A stretch of 64,000 nt of DNA from an uncultured bacterium (GCA_963843795.1 CAWJLW010000006.1:2418001-2482000); one strand, 5' to 3'. Shown: positions 21,293 to 32,688, numbered from the stretch's first letter. Notes: generated by a model from the letters alone, not told the origin. Numbers and translations: made by a program.

Positions 21293-21323
21293 AAAAAGCC
21301 ACCCGCGATTGCGGATGGCTTTT
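21293..21323 (-). terminator. Intrinsic terminator after the small secreted protein
   Basis: AAAAAGCCACCCGCGATTGCGGATGGCTTTT. Confidence 0.65.
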
Positions 21324-21349
21324 GGCTTCGGACATTGATTGATGGCGAT

Positions 21350-21613
21350 TTACTGCATGCCAACAGGAGCCGGGCCGACGTTAGCGCCCTGAGCGCGCGC
21401 GGCGTCAACCGCTTCTTGACGGGAGATCCAGCGACCCGATTCCTGCAAATAACGCAAGCGCAGAACACCCGGCAGCGACATATAGTTGGCCTGCTGCGAG
21501 AACGGCACCAAGTCGGCGACGTTCGGATAAGTCTGAGCCTGAGCTTGCGGTGCATTCAGCGCACCCAAAAGAGCGGCTCCACCCAAAACGATTGTGGCAA
21601 CAATTTTACGCAT
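21350..21613 (-). CDS. Small secreted hypothetical protein (87 aa)
   Basis: GGGAGGA RBS, signal peptide MRKIVATIVLGGAALLGALNAPQAQA, followed by a terminator. Confidence 0.8.
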   Translation of the reverse strand: MRKIVATIVLGGAALLGALNAPQAQAQTYPNVADLVPFSQQANYMSLPGVLRLRYLQESGRWISRQEAVDAARAQGANVGPAPVGMQ

Positions 21614-21999
21614 TTTTCTTCCTCCCAAAAATTACAACAAAATTTTCGTCGGCAATCCGCTACAACTTTCACTATAAAAGCTGTCTCGAATCTTGACATC
21701 TCAATTCATACCACAGAGCGTAGCAAATTGCATCTTCTTGAAGCAATTCACACGCCTGGCAGGGACCACGCTCTGCAAAATCAATGCCCATCATTTGGAT
21801 TCGCTGCGCTTGATAGAACGCGCGAGGTGCCTTAAAATAAATTAATCTTATAAGTCCTACAGCACGCGAGACGTGACGAGGCGTGGCAAGTACTGGCGGA
21901 AGCAGCAGCGAGAACACTGCGCTTCCATTTTTCACCGAAAATCAGCTTCCAACGCATCTCAAATCGGCTGCAAAAATTATTTATCAACGAGGAACTATT

Positions 22000-22473
22000 A
22001 TGCCAGCACTGGCTCGATTCACGCGCGAAACCTACGACAAATTGACGCAAGAACTGGACAATCTCAAGCAGAAGCGCACTGAAGTGCGCCTGGATGTCAA
22101 GGAAACGCGCGAACAGGGCGACCTGCGCGAAAATTTTCCGTATCACGCCGCGCGCGAGCAGCAGGGCATTTTGGAAGCACGCATTGTCGCTTTGGAAGGG
22201 CGTCTCAATGGCGCAGAAATTATTGAACCCGGCACCGTTATCGACGAAGTGATGCTGGGCATTCCGATTCAAGTGCAGATGAGCACCAGCGACAAGCCGC
22301 GCACTTACGTCATCGTATCCCCCGAAGAAATGGAAGGCGAGCCGCCGTTACACGCCGCGTCCAGCGAATCGGTTATCGGACAAGCTTTAATGGGCAAAAA
22401 GGCGGGCGATAAAGTCGAAGTGGAAGGTCCCAACGGCATCGTGCACGTCGAAGTTCTCAGCATCGGTGAATAA
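22000..22473 (+). CDS. greA: Transcription elongation factor GreA
   Basis: GDLRENFPYHAARE, SSESVIGQALMGKKAGDKVEVEGPNG. Confidence 0.92.
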   Translation: MPALARFTRETYDKLTQELDNLKQKRTEVRLDVKETREQGDLRENFPYHAAREQQGILEARIVALEGRLNGAEIIEPGTVIDEVMLGIPIQVQMSTSDKPRTYVIVSPEEMEGEPPLHAASSESVIGQALMGKKAGDKVEVEGPNGIVHVEVLSIGE

Positions 22474-22501
22474 AGAATCGGTAACATCATTCGTTAACAT
22501 C

Positions 22502-22547
22502 ATAGCGCTGCAAGTACCTGCGATGAACTTGCAGCGCTATTTTTGTT
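22502..22547 (+). terminator. greA terminator built on a degenerate doubled core
   Basis: ATAGCGCTGCAAGT-ACCTGCGATGA-ACTTGCAGCGCTAT followed by a T-tract. Confidence 0.75.
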
Positions 22548-22559
22548 GGTTTCCATATT

Positions 22560-23375
22560 ATGCAAACGCGACAAATCTCAGCCCACGACGAATTTTTCTT
22601 CGATCTCAACGGTTACCTGATTTTAGAAAACGCTCTTGACAGCAGTTTATTGAACGAACTCAACGCCAGTTTCGACCAATTTCCGCGCAATTTGGGTTTG
22701 CACGAGTGGTATCACGGCGCTCAGCGGCGCGATTACACGCCCGACACCGGACTAGAATTGCATCAAGCCTACGAATTGGGCGCGCCCTTTGAAACGCTGA
22801 TTGACCATCCGAGCTGGATTGAACTGGTGCGCCATTTTTGCGGTGAGGAAAAATCGTATGTCGCGGGACTTTTCATCGATGAATGCATCGCTTCCATTCG
22901 CACGCAAGGCGGCCATCATCCCGTGCATTCCGGCGGTTTTCGCGGCGCGATGCGCGGCCAATACGCTTTTAAAAATGGCGTTTTTCGCTGCGGACAAGTG
23001 AATATTATCGTTGCCTTAACCGATATTGGCGAAGGCGACGGCCCCACAATGGTCGTACCGGGTTCCCATAAATCGAATTTTCCGCATCCCAGTCAAGGCG
23101 ATTACGCGCGCGGCGACCGCATGGATCATCTCGAAGGCGCGATTCCCGCTTATCTCAAAAAGGGTGACGCGCTGCTTTTCGTCGATGGCCTGATGCACGG
23201 CGGCTCCAGCCGCACCAATAATGGCGAACGTCGCATTATCATCACGCGCTACGGCCCGATCTGGGGCGCGAGCCGCTTCGGTTATTTGCCGTCACCGCAA
23301 TTGTTGGAGCGTTTGACAGCCGAACGTCGCGCCATCGTGCAACCCGTTCCGTTAGTTACGCCGCCAGAACATTAA
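22560..23375 (+). CDS. Phytanoyl-CoA dioxygenase (PhyH) family Fe(II)/2OG oxygenase
   Basis: FFDLNGYLILENAL, GPTMVVPGSHK, GDALLF..LMHG. Confidence 0.85.
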   Translation: MQTRQISAHDEFFFDLNGYLILENALDSSLLNELNASFDQFPRNLGLHEWYHGAQRRDYTPDTGLELHQAYELGAPFETLIDHPSWIELVRHFCGEEKSYVAGLFIDECIASIRTQGGHHPVHSGGFRGAMRGQYAFKNGVFRCGQVNIIVALTDIGEGDGPTMVVPGSHKSNFPHPSQGDYARGDRMDHLEGAIPAYLKKGDALLFVDGLMHGGSSRTNNGERRIIITRYGPIWGASRFGYLPSPQLLERLTAERRAIVQPVPLVTPPEH

Positions 23376-23415
23376 AAATCGTTGCTGCAAGTACATTGCA
23401 GCAACGATTTTTTTT
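23374..23415. terminator. Bidirectional terminator between convergent genes; core carries a 1-nt insertion
   Basis: AAAAATCGTTGCTGCAAGTACATTGCAGCAACGATTTTT. Confidence 0.8.
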
Positions 23416-24035
23416 CAACGCTTGACTTTGAAGTTGTAATCGAAGTTGGTGTAACTGGCGACGTGTCCATCGACGAAGGCGTGATTAATTTTGCCGAAGT
23501 GGCGCAACGCAGGACTCTGCAGACTGCTTTTCCACACTAGCGGCTCGGCAGTGAGAGCGTAACGCGCATTGGTGCTATGGTTTCCATCGTTGCCATCGCC
23601 CAACAAAAACGTGCTAGATGGTTGCATGACAGATTTTAGTTCAACCGCATTCAAATTGGCGTTATACCAATAATCGGTAAAACCATCGCGCGTAGCGTCC
23701 GCGCTTCGCGAATGTTTGTCGCTGGGACATTGCAACGCCGACGCATAATATAAATAAGGTTGAATCGCATCCGCCCAGCCAAAAGGCTTCTGCAATGGCA
23801 TTGAACTGGAATTGACAGGGTTGCTGGCGACCAAAGGAAAACGAGTGTCGTTATCTTGAGCGTATTGCAACATTGCCAAACCAATTACTTTGAGATTCGA
23901 TTGACATTCTGCTCGGTGCCGATTGTCCTGAGCGCGCGTCCAAACCGGAAATACAATCGCTGCCAAAATCCCACAAATTGCCAAAACCACTGCCATTTCA
24001 ACCAACGTGTAACCGCTGCGGCGCCAATTTCTCAT
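23415..24035 (-). CDS. Prepilin-type N-terminal cleavage/methylation protein, DUF1559 with H-X9-DG C-terminus
   Basis: GYTLVEMAVVLAI, CQSNLKVIGLAMLQYAQD, RHFGKINHAFVDGHV. Confidence 0.88.
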   Translation of the reverse strand: MRNWRRSGYTLVEMAVVLAICGILAAIVFPVWTRAQDNRHRAECQSNLKVIGLAMLQYAQDNDTRFPLVASNPVNSSSMPLQKPFGWADAIQPYLYYASALQCPSDKHSRSADATRDGFTDYWYNANLNAVELKSVMQPSSTFLLGDGNDGNHSTNARYALTAEPLVWKSSLQSPALRHFGKINHAFVDGHVASYTNFDYNFKVKR

Positions 24036-24139
24036 GATTGCCTCCCGCAAGTACTTGCAGCCATTATAAATCAAAAACCGCGTAATTTTGGCACTTGTCA
24101 AAATTGCGCGGTTTTTATTTGGTGAAGAAATATGGTGAT

Positions 24140-25222
24140 TTAGGCGTCGGGATTGCCGAGCCATGCGGGATTGTTGGCGGTGCCATCGTAGCGTTCGGAA
24201 GTTTTGAATTTTTCGTATTGGCCATGAGCAGCGGGAATTGTCATTTTCGCCAGCAGTTGCTTTTGCGAGGCGAGTGGCATTTGCTGCCATGTTTTCGCGG
24301 CTTCAAACGCTTGATCGAGAATTTTCAGGCTGTCGATGCCAGTAATCACGACCGAAACCGGCTGCGACATGCTGTAATGCAGCAACTGAATCGGCGTCGC
24401 GGTGTTGCTTTTGATGACGTGCTGCAAAATCAAATCGTCGCCAAAGGTTTTCATCGCCAGCGGGCCAATTTTTTCGCGCACTAAAACCGGTAGTACTTTG
24501 TGTTGAAACGAACGAAAATGCGCGTCCATTACATTAATCGGCATTTGCACTGTGTCGAAATGGACGCCGTTTTCGCGCGCCATTTCCAGCATACGCAAAT
24601 GCACCATCGGATCTTTGTGGCCGGTGAAACCGATGTGGCGCACTTTGCCGCTTTTGCGCGCTTCGAGCAGCGCTTCCATCGCGCCGCCTTTGGCAAAAAT
24701 GCGGTCGGGATCTTCCAATCGAATGATTTCGTGCAACTGCATCAAATCAATATGATCGACATCCAAACGCGCTAGCGATTCATCAATTTGCTTGGCAGCA
24801 GTTTTCTTGTCGCGCCCATCAATTTTGGACATCAAAAATACTTTGTCGCGATAACCGTTTTTCAAGGCCTTACCCATGCGCAGTTCGCTGAGGCCATCGT
24901 GATAATCCCAGCAATTGTCCATGAAAGTGATGCCGCGATCAATCGCTGTCCGCACGATTTTGATACCCGCCGCATCGGTGTTCGGCTTGCCGATATGAAA
25001 GCCGCCCAAGCCAATCAGCGAAACTTCGCGGCCGGTGTTGCCCAGCTTGCGATATAACATTTCGCCGCGTCGCGTGGTCGCGGGCATCGGTAAATTTGCA
25101 GAAGGCGGCGCAACAGTGGAAGCGGCTTCAGCAGGCGCAGCGTTCAAACCGGTCCGTGCGATGGCGATTCCGGCAGCGGCTAGTCCGCTGGTTTCTAAAA
25201 GTTTGCGGCGTGAAATGCTCAT
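24140..25222 (-). CDS. Aldo/keto reductase with Tat signal
   Basis: SRRKLL twin-arginine signal, YRKLGNTG..VSLIGLGG, FMDNCWDY, DHIDLMQLH. Confidence 0.9.
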   Translation of the reverse strand: MSISRRKLLETSGLAAAGIAIARTGLNAAPAEAASTVAPPSANLPMPATTRRGEMLYRKLGNTGREVSLIGLGGFHIGKPNTDAAGIKIVRTAIDRGITFMDNCWDYHDGLSELRMGKALKNGYRDKVFLMSKIDGRDKKTAAKQIDESLARLDVDHIDLMQLHEIIRLEDPDRIFAKGGAMEALLEARKSGKVRHIGFTGHKDPMVHLRMLEMARENGVHFDTVQMPINVMDAHFRSFQHKVLPVLVREKIGPLAMKTFGDDLILQHVIKSNTATPIQLLHYSMSQPVSVVITGIDSLKILDQAFEAAKTWQQMPLASQKQLLAKMTIPAAHGQYEKFKTSERYDGTANNPAWLGNPDA

Positions 25223-25375
25223 GTTTATCTCCATTACGACAAAAAATCATCGCAGAGAATGTTGGCAAAAACGGTTCCAATGGCGATTTTTGCCGTAAGG
25301 ACTTACACAACCAAACAAAAAGTGCTTTGCAACACACGAAACGAAGTGGACGCACATTTTGTGAAAGCAAAGTGA

Positions 25376-26344
25376 TCAGCCTTCCAAAAATGCAACATCA
25401 TCGGGCGAAAGCTGTAAATCGGCGGCGCGCAAGGTTTCTTGCAATTGCTCTTTTTTGGTGGCACCAACAATCGCCACGGATGGAAAATTCTGGCTCCAGT
25501 TGTAAGCCAGCGCGACTTCAGGCGCGGTGCGATTCAAACGCTGCGCTAATTGCGTGGCGCGCTGATAGCGCGCGCGATTTTTATCGCTGAGATACGATTT
25601 CGCCAGCGCTTGTTGTTTGGGCGTCGTTTCCGCGTTCTCGTCGGGTAATAGATAATGAAAAAATCCGTTGGCTTGGGACGAATAGGCCATAACCGGAAAA
25701 CGATGCTGGCGATGCCAATTTAAAAGCTCGTCATCCATTTGTATCGTCAAAGCCGCGCCTCGTACATCCGGATTGACTTCGGCCAAACTCCAACCGATCT
25801 GGCTGGCGCAGAATCCCACCAAATCGTTTTGCGCCGCGTATTGATTGGCGGCTTCGATACGCGCGGCGCTCCAATTGGATGCACCGATGGCCTTGATTTT
25901 TCTGGCGCGGATTAAATCGTTCAGCGCGTCGATAATTTCTCCGACGGGCACTTGCGGGTCGTCGCGGTGCAGCCAGTAAAGATCAACGGTGTCACGCTGC
26001 AAACGGTCGAGACTTTCTTCCAAATCCTGCGCAATGCATTCGGACGCAAGGCGCGAATTGCTCATGTTTTGCAAATCGGGATGACCGCCTTTGGTCGCCA
26101 CGAAAAAGTCTTGCGGTCGGCGCGCTTTGAGCCACGCGCCCAAAGTGCGCTCGCTTTGCCCCCATCCATTAGGCAACCACGCCGCATAAATATGCGCGCT
26201 ATCGGCGCAGTTACCGCCTGCCGCCACGAAATCGTCGAGCATGGCGAACGATTCCTCGTCGGAAATTTTCGAGCCAAATTCGGCCACGCCCAGACAAATC
26301 ACCGAAGGCGCGAAAAATAATCTTGGCAACTTGGTATAAATCAT
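25376..26344 (-). CDS. Aldo/keto reductase
   Basis: DSAHIY, VATKGGHP, VDLYWLHRDD, IGASNW. Confidence 0.9.
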   Translation of the reverse strand: MIYTKLPRLFFAPSVICLGVAEFGSKISDEESFAMLDDFVAAGGNCADSAHIYAAWLPNGWGQSERTLGAWLKARRPQDFFVATKGGHPDLQNMSNSRLASECIAQDLEESLDRLQRDTVDLYWLHRDDPQVPVGEIIDALNDLIRARKIKAIGASNWSAARIEAANQYAAQNDLVGFCASQIGWSLAEVNPDVRGAALTIQMDDELLNWHRQHRFPVMAYSSQANGFFHYLLPDENAETTPKQQALAKSYLSDKNRARYQRATQLAQRLNRTAPEVALAYNWSQNFPSVAIVGATKKEQLQETLRAADLQLSPDDVAFLEG

Positions 26345-26604
26345 AATTTTTCCTGTAAAAATTGAATTTTAGCGCACTGTCGAAACATCCTGGGATTTTC
26401 GTAATTCACTTGTGCAAGTACTTGCAGCGTTCTATCTTTAGTGTGCAGCTCACGCTTTCGCAATCAAAAAGGCGAGATGCAGCACCTGAGAAAATTCTCA
26501 TCGGAAAGTTCGTGCACGATTGGCAGTGTTTTCGACAAGCGGGCATTCTTTATGCTACTTGCCGCGCGAACGATTCCAATCGTGAGCAAGAGGAGATTAA
26601 ACCG

Positions 26605-28756
26605 ATGAGCCACACACCCGAAAACCAGTCCAATGCCAAAGACCAGCAGCTTGCCGAAGTTACAACAGAAGACCGCGAGCCGATGACGACCAATCAAGGC
26701 CAACGCATCAGTACCGATCAGGATTCGCTCAAGGCAGGCAAGCGAGGGCCGACACTGTTGGAAGACTTCGTGTTGCGCGAAAAGTTGCAGCACTTCGACC
26801 ACGAGCGCATTCCCGAGCGTGTTGTTCACGCGCGCGGCGCGGCGGCGCACGGCGTTTTCAAATTGCACGAATCGCTCGAAGAATATACGACGGCGGGCGT
26901 TTTGACCGATACCGAACGCGAAACGCCGCTTTTTGTGCGTTTTTCGACCGTGGCTGGTTTTCGCGGTTCGGCGGACACGGCGCGCGATGTGCGCGGCTTT
27001 GCCGTCAAAATGTACACGCAAGAAGGCAACTGGGATTTGGTCGGCAACAACATTCCGGTTTTCTTTATTCAAGACGCCATCAAATTTCCCGATTTGATTC
27101 ACGCCGTCAAGCCCGAACCGCACAACGAAATTCCCCAGGCGGCTTCGGCGCACGATACCTTTTACGATTTCATTTCGCTTGACGCCCGAATCCATGCACA
27201 TGATGATGTGGGTGATGAGCGACCGCGCCATTCCGCGTTCGTTTGCCATGATGGACGGCTTCGGCGTTCACACTTTTCGCCTCATCAATAAAGAAGGCAA
27301 AAGCACTTTCGTCAAGTTTCACTGGAAACCGGTTTTGGGCGCGCATTCTCTGGTGTGGGACGAAGCGGTAAAAATCGCCGGTCAGGACGCCGATTTCCAT
27401 CGCCGCGACATGTTCGATTCCATCGAAGCCGGAAACTTTTTCGAGTGGGATTTGGCGGTGCAATTGTTGGCCGAAGAAGACGAGCAGAAATACGATTTCG
27501 ATATTCTGGACGCCACCAAATTATGGCCGGAAGATTTAATTCCGCTCAAGCGCATCGGTCGCATGACACTCAATCGCAATCCGGATAATTACTTTTCCGA
27601 AACCGAACAAGTCGCCTTTATGACGACAAACGTGGTGCCGGGCATTGATTTCACCGACGATCCATTGTTGCAGGGCCGCAATTTTTCCTATCTCGACACA
27701 CAACTGTCGCGTTTGGGCAGCCCGAACTTTCACGAATTGCCGATCAATCGTCCGGTGTGCCCGTTTTCCAACAATCAGCGCGACGCGCATATGCGTCACA
27801 CGATTAACAAAGGCCGCGTCGCTTACGCGCCCGCTTCATTAGATGGACATTCGCCGGACGAAGTCGGCAATCCCGCCGGTTACGCCTCGTATCCCGAACA
27901 GGTGAACGGCCCGAAAGTGCGCGAACGCAGCGAAAGTTTCGGCGACCATTACGGTCAGGCGCGCTTGTTCTGGAACAGCATGGCGCCGTTTGAAAAAGAA
28001 CACATCGTCAAGGCGCTATCGTTTGAACTCAGCATGGTCGAAACGCCGCACGTGCGCACCAAAATGTTGGAGAACCTGGCCAAAATCAACGAAACGATGG
28101 CCGCGCAAATCGGTTTGGCATTGGGCGAACCCATGCCGAAATCACAAGGTAAACCATCGGGCACGGCAGATTCTGTCAGCGAAACCGAACTTCTAACCAA
28201 CGCCGAATCGCCAACCACGGCTTCGGGCGGTGTGCAGAAAACCAGCGGATTAAGTCAGGCCGAGGGCCAGCCGACGTTGCCCAAAGGTCGCAAAGTGGCG
28301 ATTCTGACCGGCAAAGGTTCGTTCACCAAATGCATCCAAACCATGCAGGAAAAGTTGGCCGCAGAAGGCGCGATGGGCGTGGTTGTCGGCCCGCATCTGG
28401 GCAAAATCGAGGGCGACGAGGGCGCGTTTGAAGCCAAGAAGACCTACGCCAATTCGAGTTCGGTTTTGTTTGACGCTGTCTATATTCCGGGCAGCACCAA
28501 CATTGATGCGCTGAAGAAAATGGGTGATGCGCGCAAGTTCATTGATGAAGCCTTCAAACATGGCAAAGCCATCGCCGCTTCGGGCGAAGGCGTTGATTTG
28601 GTGAAAGCGACCGAAATGAGCGAGCAGAATGATAACACGCCCGAAGGCGTGTTTCTCGCTCCGGATGGCAACGCGACAAACGTGTGCGAAGATTTAATCA
28701 ACGGCGTCGCACAACACCGTTTCCGCGACCGCATGGCCGCCATGATTGCGGCGTAA
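26605..28756 (+). pseudogene. katE: Large-subunit catalase HPII with C-terminal DJ-1/GATase-like domain, split by a 1-nt insertion near 27178-27180 (real or assembly error)
   Basis: [15 protein letters not shown] and DLVGNN in ORF 26362..27291; TPESMHM...[13 protein letters not shown] in the next frame (27179..28756). Confidence 0.9.
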
Positions 28757-28773
28757 TAACATCGAAAAACACA

Positions 28774-28809
28774 AAAAAGCGGCCTGCAAGTACTTGCAGG
28801 CCGCTTTTT
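28774..28809. terminator. 36-bp perfect palindrome, bidirectional terminator centred on the core
   Basis: AAAAAGCGGCCTGCAAGT|ACTTGCAGGCCGCTTTTT between convergent stops. Confidence 0.85.
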
Positions 28810-28822
28810 ATTTTTCAAAGGT

Positions 28823-29581
28823 TCAACTCACTAAACACGCGTCGTAAGCCTGCTTCAACGCCGCCACCACATCGCTGCCTTTGGGTACAAATTCGTGACC
28901 CACCCAATCGCGGTAACCGGTATCGTGAATCGCTTGTGCGACAGCCGGATAATAGATTTCCTGTTGCGCATCCAAATCGTTACGACCGGGATTGCCCGCC
29001 GTATGAAAATGGCCAATGTAATCGATGTAATCGCGAATGTTGCGAATCAAATCGCCTTCCATAATTTGCATGTGATAAATGTCATACAACAGCTTCGCGC
29101 GCGGCGAACCAACAGCTTTGCAAACTTCGACGCCCCAACTGGTGTGGTCGCATTGATAATCGGCGTGGTCAACTTTGGAATTTAAGAGTTCCATCACCAA
29201 ATTCACACCAGCTTTTTCGGCCAGTGGCGCGATTTTTTTCAAGCCTTCAATGGTGATTTCCGCGCCTTCTTCCTCACTCAAGCCGTTGCGATTGCCGCTA
29301 AAAACGATCAGGTTGGGAATTTCATATTGCTGCGCCACTTCGCAGTTGGCAGCGATTTCATCGTAAATGCGCTCGTGATTAGAACGCTTGTTCAGTCCGT
29401 CGGGCAGCGATTGATGGCCGCCCATCGAAGCGATGGCAAAACCCAAATCGCGCAGTGCGTCGAACTTTTCGCGCGGCGCCAATTCGACGCCGGTGATGCC
29501 CAAATCGAGAATTTTTTTCCAGTCTTCATCGGAAGTTTTGGAAATACACCAGTAACTGACCGATTGTTTGAAGGTTGACAT
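28823..29581 (-). CDS. Hydroxypyruvate isomerase-family (xylose isomerase-like TIM barrel) protein
   Basis: LVMELLNSKVDH, KLLYDIYHMQIMEGD, HFHTAGNPGR, VGHEF. Confidence 0.88.
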   Translation of the reverse strand: MSTFKQSVSYWCISKTSDEDWKKILDLGITGVELAPREKFDALRDLGFAIASMGGHQSLPDGLNKRSNHERIYDEIAANCEVAQQYEIPNLIVFSGNRNGLSEEEGAEITIEGLKKIAPLAEKAGVNLVMELLNSKVDHADYQCDHTSWGVEVCKAVGSPRAKLLYDIYHMQIMEGDLIRNIRDYIDYIGHFHTAGNPGRNDLDAQQEIYYPAVAQAIHDTGYRDWVGHEFVPKGSDVVAALKQAYDACLVS

Positions 29582-29607
29582 TATTTTCCTTTTGGATTTT
29601 GCATAAA

Positions 29608-29647
29608 AGCGCCCTGCAAGTACTTGCACGAGTACTTGCAGGGCGCT
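29608..29647. repeat. Inverted repeat with doubled core between two co-directional isomerase genes
   Basis: AGCGCCCTGCAAGTACTTGCACGAGTACTTGCAGGGCGCT. Confidence 0.85.
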
Positions 29648-29656
29648 GCGTAAGTT

Positions 29657-30664
29657 TTAATTTTCGTCTTTTTCAAACGCCGCATCAAAGGCAATATCTG
29701 AGGGTTTGAAATCGACTTTCTTGGTAAACGCGCAGGCTTCTTCGGCGCCGTGGAAACGATCCATGCCGGAATCTTCCCATTCGATGGAAAGCGGGCCATC
29801 GTAATTGATTGAATTCAGCGCACGAATGATTTCCTCGAAATCAATTTTGCCATGCCCCAGGCTGCGAAAATCCCAATATCTGCGAAAATCGCCGAAATTC
29901 AGATGGCCGCCGAAAACGCCGCTTTGCTGTGGCGTGCTGCTCCAATACACGTCTTTCATGTGAACATGATAAATGCGCTCGCTGAAAGTGCGAATGAAGT
30001 CCACATAGGCAACGTGCTGATAACCCAGATGGCTGGGATCGTAGTTGAAGCCAAAGGTTTCGCGGTTGTCTAAAGCGTCCAACGCGCGTTGCGCGGTCAC
30101 GTTGTCGAAGGCGATTTCAGTCGGATGCACTTCCAAAGCGAAGCGAATGCCGTTTTCATCGAAGGCGTCCAAAATCGGATTCCACCGCGCAGCAAATTCT
30201 TCATAGCCTTCGTCGATCATTTTGGGCGTCACGGGCGGAAATGAATAAAGATAAGGCCAAATTGAAGAGCCGGTGAAACCGTTGACGATTTTCACGCCCA
30301 GGTTTTTGGCGGCGCGCGCGGTGAGCTTCATTTCATCAGCGGCGCGTTGGTTGACGCTTTCGGGCTTGCCGTCGCCCCAGACGCGCGGCGGTAGAATCGC
30401 TTTGTGGCGTTCGTCGATGCGGTCGCAAACGGCCTGACCGACAAGATGGTTGGAAATGGCGAATAATTGCAGGCCATTGTCGGAGAGAATTTTCTTCTGC
30501 GCGTCGCAATAAGCGGTGTCCGAAGCAGCTTTTTCAACGTCGAGATGATCGCCCCAGCAGGCGAGTTCGAGTCCGTCGAAGCCCATTTGCCGAGCGCGGG
30601 GTGCAAGTTCTGACAAGGGCAAATCGGCCCATTGTCCGGTGAATAAAGTTACCGGTCGTGCCAT
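29657..30664 (-). CDS. Sugar phosphate isomerase/epimerase (IolE/MocC-like TIM barrel)
   Basis: [41 protein letters not shown]. Confidence 0.88.
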   Translation of the reverse strand: MARPVTLFTGQWADLPLSELAPRARQMGFDGLELACWGDHLDVEKAASDTAYCDAQKKILSDNGLQLFAISNHLVGQAVCDRIDERHKAILPPRVWGDGKPESVNQRAADEMKLTARAAKNLGVKIVNGFTGSSIWPYLYSFPPVTPKMIDEGYEEFAARWNPILDAFDENGIRFALEVHPTEIAFDNVTAQRALDALDNRETFGFNYDPSHLGYQHVAYVDFIRTFSERIYHVHMKDVYWSSTPQQSGVFGGHLNFGDFRRYWDFRSLGHGKIDFEEIIRALNSINYDGPLSIEWEDSGMDRFHGAEEACAFTKKVDFKPSDIAFDAAFEKDEN

Positions 30665-30834
30665 AATTTTTTCTCCAGAGGAAGGTTTTGTGGTGAAAAT
30701 CGTTTGGCATTATGGCATAAACTCGCCGCGTGAAACAACGCGACCGACCGAAAATTCGCCTTTCAGAGACCAAATCGGGGTCGCAATTCGCGCCTTTTAA
30801 TTGATTTTCAGGTTGGTTTTGGCGCTGTTGGCAC

Positions 30835-30863
30835 TTGACCCCAACGGGCTGCAGGTTTATAAT
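30835..30863 (+). promoter_or_regulatory. Near-consensus sigma70 promoter upstream of the LysM-NlpC/P60 gene
   Basis: TTGACC-N17-TATAAT. Confidence 0.7.
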
Positions 30864-31098
30864 TTGTGCAACCGCCGGAGACATATTTCGGCATCTGCGC
30901 CTTTACGGTCGCAAGAATCAGCGTTTAAAAACAAGTGTGTTTTTATGTCAGAGAGCGTTTAGATTTTTGCCGAGAAATTTTCAGTGAAAATTTCTCGTGT
31001 CCTCCGGAGCGTTTCCCACCGGTGCAAGTACTTGCAGTAGCCAAACCAACCGTGTTCCACGACCGGCCTCTGGCCACCATCAGCAGGAGAACGTGTTC

Positions 31099-32655
31099 AT
31101 GTCCTTTCGTATCCCTTCGCCGTCTCGCTTTTTGCTTCAAACCGTTTCGACTTCCATCGCTTTTTCTGTGCCAAAACGCACGTTGCTACGCGGCGTCCTC
31201 GCTGGTAGCGCACTGGCTTTTAGTGCTTTTGGCACGACAACTACAGCGCACGCCGATTCCTATCACGCCGCGCAAGCAGGCGAAACTTTAAGCGCGATTG
31301 CAGCGCGTTACGGCGTTAGCACCCAGGACATTCGTACTCTGAACTCGATTACTTTTTCTGACACTGCCGCTCTGCCCGCCATGCTGTTGGTCGTGCCCGA
31401 AACTTCCGCAGGGGCTGCCAGCGCAATCGTGGCCGCTCCCGTTGCTTCGGACGGCCCCGCTGTTGGCAGCGGCTCTTTAACGCGCTCGATTCGCTACAAA
31501 GTGCGCACGGGCGACACGCTGGAAAGCATTGCAGCGCAATACGCGACCGGTGGCGCGGATGTAACGGCGCAGTCTATCGCGCAGAAAAATCGTCTGGCTC
31601 TGGATGTCACGCTCAAAGCGGGCGACACGGTTTTAGTGCCGGTAGGTGGCGCGATTTACCGCGCCAACGCCCAAACCAAAGCCAAATCCAAAACGGTCAA
31701 CGCCGTACAAGTTTCTGAGGAATTCGATTGGCCAGTGGCCGAAGTCGTGCCGCAAAGCCAGCCGGTTTATCGTGCGCCCGCAGGCAATGCTAACAATCGC
31801 GGCGGTTCGCCGCGCGATATGGGCAATCGCAACGCACTGAGTTCGCGCAGCATGACCAACCCGAATCAGCGCGGCAATCTTGATGGCGCGCGCGTTTTGC
31901 AGCCCAACGAAGATGCGCCCAACTCAGCCCCTCCTAAATCGAACGCTCGCGCCGTCCAAGCGCCAACGCAGGCCACAACCACCGCACAGCGCATCGCCAA
32001 AGTGTCCAAAGTCGCCCTCAATGGCGCCCGCATCCGTCGTTTGCCCGATGCACAGGCCGCGACGCTGTATTCGTGTCCGGTTTCCACCGAACTCGCTGTG
32101 ATTCGGACCAGCGGGATGTGGTCGGCGATTCTGATGGAAGATCACTCGACCGGCTGGGTGCCGACGCGTTACTTGCAATCGACCGGTGCCAGCGTGGACA
32201 TTTCTTCTCTTGAACTCAAAGATTTGGAAACTGACGTAATTCGTCGCTCCAGCAAAAACAAATTTGCTATGACCGGCAAATTCAGCAGTAACAACCCATT
32301 CGTTGCGACCGCACTCACCTGGCTGGGCACGCCTTATGTTTACGGTGGGGAAAGCCGTCGCGGTATCGACTGCTCGGCAATGGTTCAGGCTTCGTTCCGC
32401 TCCAATGGCGTGAGACTGCCACGCACTGCTGCCGAACAATCTAAAGTGGGTCAGCGCGTCGATCCGTCCGATCCGTCGCGCTTGCAGCCCGGCGACCGCT
32501 TGTATTTCTCGGCCAGCGGCACGCGCGTCGATCACACCGGGCTCTACATGGGCAATGGCTTATTTGTGCACGCCAGCGGTTCAGGACGCGGGGTCATCGT
32601 TTCCAACCTGCTCGACCGACGCAATTGGAACATTCTGGTAGGCGCCCGTCGCTAA
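31099..32655 (+). CDS. LysM/SH3/NlpC-P60 peptidoglycan endopeptidase
   Basis: Two LysM domains (GETLSAIAARYGV, YKVRTGDTLESIA), SH3-like TGWVP, GTPYVYGG..GIDCS..HTGLY..FVHAS. Confidence 0.92.
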   Translation: MSFRIPSPSRFLLQTVSTSIAFSVPKRTLLRGVLAGSALAFSAFGTTTTAHADSYHAAQAGETLSAIAARYGVSTQDIRTLNSITFSDTAALPAMLLVVPETSAGAASAIVAAPVASDGPAVGSGSLTRSIRYKVRTGDTLESIAAQYATGGADVTAQSIAQKNRLALDVTLKAGDTVLVPVGGAIYRANAQTKAKSKTVNAVQVSEEFDWPVAEVVPQSQPVYRAPAGNANNRGGSPRDMGNRNALSSRSMTNPNQRGNLDGARVLQPNEDAPNSAPPKSNARAVQAPTQATTTAQRIAKVSKVALNGARIRRLPDAQAATLYSCPVSTELAVIRTSGMWSAILMEDHSTGWVPTRYLQSTGASVDISSLELKDLETDVIRRSSKNKFAMTGKFSSNNPFVATALTWLGTPYVYGGESRRGIDCSAMVQASFRSNGVRLPRTAAEQSKVGQRVDPSDPSRLQPGDRLYFSASGTRVDHTGLYMGNGLFVHASGSGRGVIVSNLLDRRNWNILVGARR

Positions 32656-32688
32656 CACCGGTTTTTTCAAACCTAATTTGCTCACCCC

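Noticed and set aside
30864..31098. c-di-AMP (ydaO) riboswitch before the LysM-NlpC/P60 gene
   Set aside because: Plausible by context, but I could not find the conserved motifs by eye; needs an Infernal search.
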